DNA from: Octopus bimaculoides
Taxonomy: Eukaryota
Assembly (NCBI RefSeq): GCF_001194135.2
Contig: NC_068983.1
Coordinates: 127,335,960-127,395,560, forward strand
Direction: 5' to 3'
Length of the DNA stretch: 59,601 nt
The position numbers and the translations under genes are program-made. Below, piece after piece: positions 49,225 to 59,601 of the stretch. The notes under the pieces are model-generated. The model was not told the origin of the DNA and made no database searches. It saw only the letters and a program-made list of their open reading frames with translations. Each line of letters begins with the position of its first letter. The first letter of the stretch is position 1.

Positions 49225-50420
49225 ATTTTTGGCACAAAGCCTTACATTTTAGGTTAATATTGATTACAAATTTTGGTACAAAGCAAGCAATTTGGAGGAC
49301 TGGGTTACGTCGATTAAACCACCCCCATTGTTGAACTGGTACTTATTTTACCGACATCTAAGAGGATGAAAGGCAAAATAGATCACGGTGTTATTTAATG
49401 TCAGAACGTAAAGGCGAACTAACTGGCAGAATTTGTAGTACTCCATGTTAATGTAAGAATTCAGTATTGACTTATTTAATATGTGGTTGTATAAATTACA
49501 TGTTAATGTAATAATTCCGTATCGCGTTATTTAATATGTGGCTGTATAAATTTAAAGTTAGTGCAGTTTATATTATCTCGTATATTGAGAAAAAGGAAAG
49601 AGTGCACGGCCACTGTAACCTGCCTTTCAGTGCGTTGCAAGATAAATGCTAGCCATATTTTCATATGACATCCCCCTCTCTTCTTTCTTTTAATATAACT
49701 GATCATACAGACATGGAATGAAATCTTTCGTCCTGGTTTCTGAGAAACGCCACTATTTTTAGTTTAAGACTGCTTATATTAATAGTTATCGCCAAGCCAA
49801 CATGGCAGTCCCAAAATTAGGACGAAAGCTGCTGCTTATATTATTTTCCTACTATAGGCAGAAGGCTTGAAATTTCGCATATTTGAACGAAATGCCTCTA
49901 AGCATTTTCTCAGGCGTGCTAACAATTTTGCGATTTCGCTGTCTTAAGAAAACTATTTAGAATATTCCGTTCAAATTTTAACACTAGTTCAGCTGTTTCT
50001 GAGAAGAGGGGAGAAGTAGTTCTCCTCGACCTCAGCACTATGCTGATACTTATTTTATAGAATCCGGAAGAAAAAAATGCGCAACGGATCTAGATGGAAT
50101 TTTGAACTCAGAACATACAAATTTAAGACATACCATTAAGCATGTTGCCTGGTATGTTAATAATTCTATCGTCATGCTGCCTTGAAAAAAAAAAACGTTA
50201 TAATTATGATTTCAAATATTGGCACACGTCCAGAAATTTCGGAATGAGGGTGCTAGTCGGATGTATCAACTCGTGTGTTTGAGTGATACTGAATTTATCG
50301 ACCCTGAAATGATGAAAGACAAAATCGACCTCGCTGGCATTTGAACTCAGAAAGCAAAGCTGGAACGAAATGTCACTAAGTATTTCGTCAGGTGTACTAA
50401 TCATTCTGTCAGCTCACTGA
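49225..50420 (-). mobile_element. Cluster of four Meta-domain-like SINE fragments (~49225-49430, 49845-49945, 50000-50165, 50215-50420)
   Basis: Each carries parts of GGCACAAG / ACTGGTACTTATTTTA.CGAC / ATGAAAGGCAAA / TTTGAACTCAGAAC / CTAAGCATTT. Confidence 0.7.
49444..49552. repeat. ~55-bp tandem duplication
   Basis: CATGTTAATGTAA...TTATTTAATATGTGG.TGTATAAATT twice. Confidence 0.85.
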
Positions 50421-51211
50421 CTTAAAAAATAAAACAATATCAAAAACTTGCCTATATTATTTCAACAAACATTATACCATAAAGGTTTTTAATGAACCCA
50501 GCTACTTCAATTGCAACACTCTGGAGATATGCGTATAAAGTCATGTCTCTTTTCCTATCCCTTTTAGCTTAATTTATTGATATAGATTTACTGTCTCTCG
50601 AAGATTCCATCTCATCAATTCACATCAGTATCAATCAATAAATCATTTCAGCCTCTTCTTTCTCACAGCTGAGTAACCGGCTTCTTTGCATTTCCCACAA
50701 CACTCGATTTTGTAATGCATGTTCATCATTGTTACCAAATACACTGGAAGTCGACTATTGAACGGAAATTCGTATGATTCATTTTGATAAAAAACAAAAA
50801 AAACACGTGATAATATTATCCTTATATAATGTCATATAAGAAGTAACTCCCACAGATTTAATCTCAGTCTGTTATACTACTTTGTAGTTTTCTGCTAGTT
50901 TTGCAATGTATTCTGTCAAGAGTAGGATCTATCACTCTTCTTATTTCAATATTCATTTCTCCATGCCATTCACACAATGATGCAACGAACTACCACGACC
51001 AGCATTTATAGAGGGTTGCGAAATGGTTCATTGAAATGATATTTATGCGGATTAAATATATATTTTCATAGGAAGTTAGCAATTTCGGTGAAATACCGAT
51101 TGCGTCTTAAACCAATACATGTAACCCTCCGTAGTTTAAAGTTTGTCTAGCTTGTGTTACTCTTACTCATGTGTTACTTCCACGCAGGCGCACACACATG
51201 CATACGTACAC

Positions 51212-51257
<46 letters not shown>

Positions 51258-51260
51258 TAT

Positions 51261-51476
51261 CCGAGATGGTACTGAAAATTCCCTGGTTTTAAGTGTATCG
51301 TTAAAAGCCTGGCTGGAGGCCTAACATTTCTAGTTCTTGCACGTAGCTTAAAAAGACAAGAACAGCTGCAATAGCTGGGTGAATTTGAGGGTGGAATATG
51401 TTGAATAAAGTCATAATTAACTGATCCTCCAGCATGTTCTTTTATCCACGGCAAGTAACTTTTCAGCACGACTTCA
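51261..51476. mobile_element. Mariner-derived MITE
   Basis: Imperfect TIRs CCGAGATGGTACTGAAAATTCCCTGG / GGCAAGTAACTTTTCAGCACGACTTCA|TA; no ORF. Confidence 0.6.
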
Positions 51477-52658
51477 TATATAGAATCTACTTGTGTACCT
51501 AACCAAGTTAAAATTTTATCTATCCGTTCTGATGAAGGAGCCTCTGGAGTTTACTAATGTCTGCTTCAATTACTGGCTGAAAATTCTTAGTGAACTACAT
51601 CTGCCAACATTATCATGCAACTCCAAGCTCTCAGATTCACCTGTCGAACTTCGAACGACTTCTGGCCTCTTATTCTTTGAGAGTATGTAATCTGAAGAAG
51701 TTTGCCCTATAGTAAATGTATATATTTTCATACTTGATAGTTAATCATCTGGTATTTTAAAGTTTGCCTTCACTTTTTACATGTATACATGCATATATAT
51801 TTTGTGTATTAAAACCTACGGTTTATTCTGCTTATTTGATTCCTTGTTTCCCTATCTGCCCACTTGAATTCTCCATATAGCCACTCTCTACCCTGCTGAC
51901 TTCATCTTCATTAAAGATATCGGATTGTAAGTTCAAATCATGTAAACGATACTAAGTGTTTCCTATGTTGAGATTCTCTCGATCTCATTTGATTTCGTTA
52001 TATAAGCTGTTTTTTTTACCCTGTCGCTGCATACCAGGTTGATTGAAAAAAAAAAAAACTGGAGTTTTTCGATTTATTTCAATCAACTAAAAATACTGAT
52101 AATGCTTGTTTGGAGCCCCAAACATATTTTTAACCTCGTCCATGTAGTTATATCTAAGCCCGCGCAGAAATGAGCCTTGACTCGGAAAAGGTGGTAAACT
52201 GATGGTACAAAGCTTGGGCTTCGGGCAGGGTAAGGCAGCACTCCATCCCTTCAAATTTCGTACGTTTACATTCGATCACATTGGGCAGAGTGTGCTTCGG
52301 CATTTTCATGCTGTAGGAGTGATTGCTTTCGATTGGCCAATGTCGAGTAACGAGTCTTCAAATACCCTTATACTGGCTGCAGTTTTGAGCATAAAAATTA
52401 TAATTAAGAGCATGATCACCTGAGATAAACTCCACGTGCAGCAACGCACTCAAAATACCACCACACTTTTAACATGACGTTTTGTTCGGACCACCCTTTG
52501 TTGACAAGAGCTTCTGAAGCGTGGTTTAAATGACGTCACTGATTTTTTTATTAAGAATACAAAATATATCCATTGTTGATCTCTAGTTGCAATTCGACGC
52601 TCTGAACGGACATCTGAAGACGGTGTTGTAAAATTGGCTGTGGCTTGGCAGTAGTGGT

Positions 52659-52725
52659 GGTGAATGCCGTTGGGGGCATATGTCTTGTAGTCGGTGAAGG
52701 CGTTGGGGGCATATGTCTTGTTAGT
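52659..52725. repeat. 33-34-bp tandem duplication
   Basis: GGTGAATGCCGTTGGGGGCATATGTCTTGTAGTC / GGTGAAGGCGTTGGGGGCATATGTCTTGTTAGT. Confidence 0.9.
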
Positions 52726-55178
52726 AACCATTGACATGGAGGTCGCTGACAAATGCAACATTCTGGTAACAAACACTTAATTGAATGCAGCAACACCACC
52801 AAAGAGTTAACACTTCTATACTAGCCACGGAGAAGAAATTCACCATATAAAGGAATTGGATCTTTCCCGCTTGGCTGCCAATTTCAATTTCTGTTCGAAC
52901 TCATTTCATATTTAGTTTAATAATACACTTTTATAGGCTAATCATTGCCAAGGAAATCATTTTCGCTATAAATAAATAAAGAGTTATCTATTTAAGTTTG
53001 AAAATTGTTGGTTACGTTAACCAATGGTAAGCCACAGACAACTTCATGTTTGTTTCCATAGTAACAACCTGAAAATGAGAACTCTTTTGTCTGCGACATA
53101 GCACGTGTTGACAAATATATTGAAACCACTAGCTGACACTGTGTTTGCTGTTTTACCTATCTGGAAATTTTATCGTTCTGTTTGATCATGGTTGCAAGCT
53201 CCGGTAAGCTTGCATATATGATAGAGGTCGCATGAAATGCATACGGAATGCTTAAAACTACAAAAGGCGTATTGTTTAAGTGATATTTTCAGGGTATTGA
53301 CAAAATGTGCTGTCACACAAAAAATGACAGCTTCCAGATCATGTTTCCTGACTAGGTGAAAATGATCAAATTTTAGAAACCTCGATAACTTTGAACAAAA
53401 GAAAAAAATAATTCTGGAAAATTGAAATATTTGCAGCCATTTCAAACCGAAAACTATATTAATGTACCAACGTTGGACCGGTAGCTCGTATAAACAGCCA
53501 CGACATTTAATATCATCGCCGACCACATCAGTGTAAAGAACGCCATCAACAAATACCACCATACCAAGACCAAGCTACTACCGCGGCATTCACCACCATC
53601 CGCCACCAACGGCGCGACTCCCATTATTGTGAATTCTACAGCATCAACAACACCATCATTTGGAAATCGCATGCTAGTAACACAAGCAGTGGATTAAGAC
53701 GGGATCACTGCCCATTGAGATATCTCACTGGCAGCATTTACCCAGAAATATGCACACATACACGCAAACATACAGATATGCACATATCTACGCACATACT
53801 CTACCCCGCATATATATGCATTACACTCACACCCACACGCGCACACCCACCCACGCGCACACCCACACATGCGCGCACAGAAACAAATATATATATATAT
53901 GTGCGTACATACTGTGCGCATGTATAAGGTTGTCTTTCAGTACTTAGCAGTTGATTTTCGTTTGTCCACATATTACGAGCCAGTAAGTTTGAGTATTCTG
54001 CACGAACACATAATGGAATAAGAACATTTGAATTAAGTACTATTTTTGATTTCATCAACTAAATTCTCCAAATGATGAGTTAGTTAGGCCACAGTTCAAT
54101 GACTGTTGTATATAAAACATATACGAGTCATATATAAATACATACATGCGTTTATAAATGTATGTACATGTAAATATAGTCTTTTACTTTTCAGGTAGGT
54201 AGGTGCATTAGTCCATCAGCCCATCTGCCATCAATCCTCGACAAACAGCTATTGACAGCCTATAAATGTAAGATGAACCCAAATTGAAGTATTTCTTTCA
54301 CATCTGGGATGGTCATCTGCAACATATGCAAATATGTTTGACAATTTGCAAATAAAGGCTACACAGTCGATTGGCGTTGAAATTGTTATGGACACAACTT
54401 TTTGTCTGCATCGGGGTCCCGCACTTGCCTCACGCCATATTTTCAGTATAAACCATAACAGTGTGTACATTTGTACCTCTAGTTCCAGTATCTTTCTGGA
54501 TCATTGAGTTCCCCAAAATATTGTAGCTAATATCATAGTCTATATTATTGTTTCTATTTTTCATTTCCAACATATCATAATCTATATTTCTGCGACTACT
54601 TATTTATTAATATATATATTCATTTCAATCCATTCATTTATACTCTTTCATCTATGCTAAGATCGATATTTCTCTAATATTTTATACTCTCTGCAAACTA
54701 TCTATTTCACATTTCTGTCAGTCTAGAACAAACGAAAGAAATAACGTACATAGACAAATTTACACATATACAGTTTTCAATATATGAATGATTAACACAA
54801 TCAACTTAATCTGTACTACGTGACACAAAGTAAACAGATACATTCCATCGTCAAATTGATATACATCATTAATATAAATATTACTTATCAATGGAATAAT
54901 TCTCCATTTTAATTTTCGGCTTTGCTTTTTAGGGAATGAAGTGCCATGTAACAATATGACAATATTCAAAACGGAAATGAGTAATGATAAGATTCGTCAC
55001 AATAATGTCCGTTATATATTGCTTACAATGAACAAATGCCATTGATTTATACATGCCTTTTTTAAGTCTGTGCTGGCGCGTTTGTGTGTGTACAAAAACA
55101 CATAGTCATAGAAGTGTTGAAGGAAAAAGAACCCCACAAAATTCATCTCATGGGCATTCAGTATTAATTTTATTAGAC

Positions 55179-55525
55179 CAGGGGTTCTCAACCGGTGTGC
55201 ATATGGCCCTTAAGGTCCAAATAAGATTTTGATGAGTCTACGCAACAAAACAGTAAATTGAGGATCCATAACAGTGTTTTAAGGACCCAGTAAAACATTT
55301 TGCGTTAGATTTATATATTGGTATGTATAGCAAGAAACAGCTAAATTTCATTCACTAACATTTTTCAAAGTTCAGCCAACGCAAGTTAATGTGTAAAAAG
55401 CAAAATAGGAATTCTGAAAGAAGCATCTATAAAACTAGTTTCTAAACATCAAATGGTTATGGGGTTCCAACAGAATAAAATAGTAATCAAAAGGGTTCAT
55501 AGATGACAAATGGTTGAAAACCCTG
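55179..55525. mobile_element. hAT (Charlie-like) MITE with 8-bp target-site duplication
   Basis: TIRs CAGGGGTTCTCAACC / GGTTGAAAACCCTG; flanks TATTAGAC (55171-55178) and TATTAGAT (55526-55533), 7 of 8 identical. Confidence 0.9.
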
Positions 55526-56092
55526 TATTAGATAAACTCAAAGATGTCATTCTTTGATATTTTATTTACGCAATAAAAATGTTACACGCACACGCGCAAA
55601 CACACACACACACACACACACGCACACACACACACACAGAAACACATACACACATATATATTGCTGTATAGTGAAACTGAAGACCCTACCCGATAAAAAG
55701 TTCTAGTAGCTAGCCATTATAAATAGACAAGTAGCCGGTCGACGGGAAGGTAAGAAGGTTGAGAGTATGTGTAGACTGTGTTGATAGTCGTGTCTGTGCT
55801 TGCTGATATAATAATCATACTGTGATACTGATTGGACGTCATCTCAATCCAAACTTTTCCGGATAATCACTGGACGATTTTTGGTCGTACAGTACCAGAT
55901 AGAACCATCCCATCGACGACTTCGGAATAAGAGAATATCTGTCAGAGCAACAACCATCGTCAAATGGGAGATACAACGGTGGCAAATACCTCTTTGTAAC
56001 AGTGGCGACAAGGGAAAGCAAATCTACGCAGAATGAAAAAAAGAAAAACATTGACACGCAGAGTTTAAACTAATCCACGTGGAAAATTAAAT

Positions 56093-56142
<50 letters not shown>

Positions 56143-57043
56143 TATTTTGTTTAAAAGAGTTCCAACTCTGTCTGTTTTTTATGTTTTATATATATTCCTG
56201 CAAAACCAATGTGGGATATAGAATATGGAATATACAATATATAATATAAAATAAAAATGGATGGTACAATGAAATAAAGTATTGAATGTCTTATTGAATA
56301 TATGGAATATGTCTTATTGAATAGATGAAATATTGAGTGTTCAATATAAAGGATTAAATATATAAAGGCGAATACGTATTTTCTATACCTTGTGGTATTT
56401 CATCATGGCCGGTAAGACAGACTTTAACAGACTAAAGTCTGTCAAACATTTATGGTGCAGTGAAACTCAAGCTCTGGCAAAACTGTGTCCGTATCTGAGA
56501 TGAATCAGCCTATACTGTTGGTAGTATGCAATGCCGTCCAGTTCGGTGGTTAGTATAGCATTGAATTCCAAAGTAGGCAGACAGACCCTGTAAATGTACT
56601 CAATAGAAGTAGCAACGTGTCCTTATTTCTTCTTTCTGAATGATATAGCGATGAATCCAGTTACTCGCCTACTCAGCGTTACTATCCTAGAAATATGCAC
56701 ATGCAGTGTTCCATCACTACTTTATCATAAGGTTACACACTCTTTCTAATTTTAGGATTGAACTGATATAGAGCTTCGAAATCCAAATATTTATACACTA
56801 TATCCGTCTATACTCTATTATTATGCCATAATGAAACATTCTGAAGGTTTTTAAAAGCCTTTAAAAAACGAAACAGGATGTGAATGCACATTGACACATA
56901 TGAACACGCATATATACTCATATATGAACTTAGCAATCATGGCCTTAGTGTGACTAGAAAAAGTAATATCATAAAAGACCATATACACAGTTTCGCGTGC
57001 GCGCACATATATATATATACATACAGTCACTTATACACACACG

Positions 57044-57044
<1 letters not shown>

Positions 57045-57112
<68 letters not shown>
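57045..57112. repeat. (TA)n microsatellite
   Basis: Direct observation. Confidence 0.97.
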
Positions 57113-57114
<2 letters not shown>

Positions 57115-59601
57115 TAATGTATATATGTATTTATGTATTAACGGAGTTTATGGAGCGAATGTTTTAGGCCTATTCAGAAACTTACTATTTAATAAAATAT
57201 GGCTCATCCGCAAAATTTCTGTAATAATTTGCTTACTATGATAATGAAATATTTCACGAACACTTGATATACAATGTAGCCACTGTTCTTCGATAAAGGT
57301 AAATATTTTGATAACAGCTACTACTTATGACACACGAAATTCAGACCGTTAATCCTGTATTATGAACAAATGCGGGATACTAAAAACACATTAAGTCTTT
57401 TCGTCCAGAGAGAAATGATCTTCTAAACATCAAAATACCAACGTATTTTAGTATTTCGTCTAATGAATCCAACCGCTGAATTAATGATTGATAATATAAT
57501 GTAAGTAAATCGGAGACAGCTACTTTAAACCAAAACGTAGTAAAGAATACAACTACAGTATTGCATTGCAGATATGAAATATTTACCGCACTAAAGTTTA
57601 ACAAGTATGTGTAATTCCCTTAGAATCCAAATGTATATGGACAGAATTAAATGCGAAATATTTTGGAACATCATAGTCGAAGAAAAACATGTACAAATAT
57701 GAAACATGCTTCAGCCGTTATTTCCTTTTGGCAAAGCATCTGATTCTCCCACGTATATATGCAGCTGTTTCATTAGATTGAACACCTGTTACGTATTTGT
57801 TTGTTGTTTACTCTTCTGTTGTTTTTACTTATAATAAATGTACTAAACATTATAAACATATATCTCTCACGAATCTAGGCTATTTTCATCATTAAAACTA
57901 CAATACGCAAGTCACTGCGCAAGTCGGTTCAATTATAGAACTATACATTTTACAAAACGGGCAGGTGACGGACAAGTTTAATTCAAACTCAGAAAAAATA
58001 GATAAATCCAGAAGTCTGGTTTAACTACTGTAGTAAAATTTCGTGTGAAACTATATATCTCTATCATCGATCGTAGATCTACATGGAGATTACTTTAAAA
58101 CGTGCTATCGAATGCAAGCTATGGAAACAGGAGCCGGCCGTGAATAGAAATATGTCAAAGGTCGACCGCACAACACCGCCAGACACATTCTCTCACATAT
58201 GTATAGAGAACCAAGTATTGATTCATTGGACTTCTCTCTCAGCCCACTATCTAATAGAATTAAGAAAAAAGTGAAGAATACTTTTCTGTTCCATGTGATC
58301 TGAAATGACTTAATTATAACATTATTGAAGTCTTCTTTTACACACTCAAAAAAGAAACATTCTGTGTTCCAGTAATTAATTACACATTAAATTCATCGAA
58401 TTCTTCAAAAGAAATCGAATTAATTGTATAGATGCTAGATGTATAATTAGAGGCGATGATGTGATATATCTTTGTGTTACTCATTAACGTCATCTGCTAA
58501 TCATTTCTTTCGATATCAGCCCTGTAATCTCAATCAGCTAGCAACATTAAGACAACAGACGAAATAATACATAGTATTTAAGAAATAACAATCTATTATA
58601 TTTCATTTTTTGTTATATCTCTCCATATAATGACATAATTTAATCAATGCAGTTAATGATTTAATTCTCATTCTTGGGCTTATACCAATAATACAATTTT
58701 ATTCTTACCTCACCACTCCTATAACATAAGATGTCAATAATTTCTTCACTTAATCCACACACTTCTCAAAAGATTTTAATCTTATATTTAATGTAGATTT
58801 TTCCGGACACATTCAAGTTACATTTTTTGTTTGGTTGATTTCTTCTAGATTTGTACTGGTATTTTTCATGTCAGTAAAGACGGAGTTGTATCTTGAACAT
58901 GTCTCAAAAATGATAGACAGAGATTGACAGGTTTAAGTATAACGTATATTTGGCCTTTGTCATGTGCTAACGTTATTTCTATGACGTTCTAATTCAAGAA
59001 GATCTGTAATAGTTGAGATGGTTTGATCGCATAGGTTGTCATTTACTGTTTGTTGCTACTCAAGATCTCTGATGGATTTTATCCTCTTCACTCACTGTTT
59101 GAGTTCTAAACGATAATGTTATAGAGGCTAAACGCAATAGTAATTTGCTGGTAAAAATTTTGCTGTACTTTGCATCGCCATTAATCATAATCAAAAGACT
59201 GAAACGAAGACACTGTCATGAATTGAATCAACTGAGCCAATATTATACGATGGTCATTTTTTTGTAGATGAGTAGATTTTCCTATAAATATGCTATATCT
59301 ATAATTCACTGAGAGATTGAAGTTTTTTGAAATGTTGACAGTACGCTGTCATGATTTCGGCCGTTATGAATCTAGCTGTTCACACATACACGGCCACACA
59401 TGCAGACACAAACACACACGCTCCTACACATGAATATGTGTATATATATTTATAAAATTTCAGAAGTAAATTCACTGATATACAGAATAACCGGAGGAAG
59501 CTTGGATGTAAACCATGCCACGAAAGAACTATCTCTTTCTTTACAGAACATAGTATATCTATATATATAACATTTTTGTCTCTCTGTCTTTCTGTTCCGT
59601 C

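Noticed and set aside
49808-49827. GTCC-CAAAATTA-GGAC-GAAA, resembling stem II of schistosome hammerheads
   Set aside because: No CUGANGA upstream (CATGGCA) and no stem I or III
52659-52668. GGTGAATGCC, the 3' half of miR-124
   Set aside because: The seed-containing 5' half (TAAGGCACGC) is absent and there is no precursor hairpin
59488-59530. CGGAGGA-A-GCTTGG...CCATGC-CAC-GAAA hammerhead-like string
   Set aside because: Core mismatch, a 3-nt insertion before GAAA and no cleavage-site pairing

Overview
An AT-rich eukaryotic window with nine N-gaps. It is dense in di- and trinucleotide microsatellites, tRNA-derived SINEs, decayed LINEs (R4/Dong, RTE, L1-Tx1, CR1-like), Penelope-like elements (PLEs), mariner remnants and hAT MITEs. 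The repeat repertoire looks like a coleoid cephalopod, probably Octopus; this is inferred from remembered repeat families, not from a database search. I recognise no host protein-coding exon, rRNA, true tRNA or CRISPR array, so the window is probably intergenic or part of a very large intron. Most ORFs in the supplied track are microsatellite or N-gap artefacts. Most notable observations: (1) a dispersed terminal repeat that folds as a minimal, dimer-type hammerhead ribozyme with a non-canonical CUGUUGA core (two copies, plus weaker hammerhead-like relics); (2) a near-full-length but disabled RTE LINE whose ORF ends in three tandem C2H2 zinc fingers, lying between an inverted ~80-100 bp repeat pair; (3) a ~520-560 bp non-coding element with fixed ends sitting inside (AAT)n, next to several R4/Dong relics; (4) a fold-back mariner made of two 5' ends, nested in the internal microsatellite of a SINE; (5) a 3' tail shared between a SINE family and a CR1-like LINE. 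Repeat boundaries are approximate unless defined by a TIR, TSD or stop codon.
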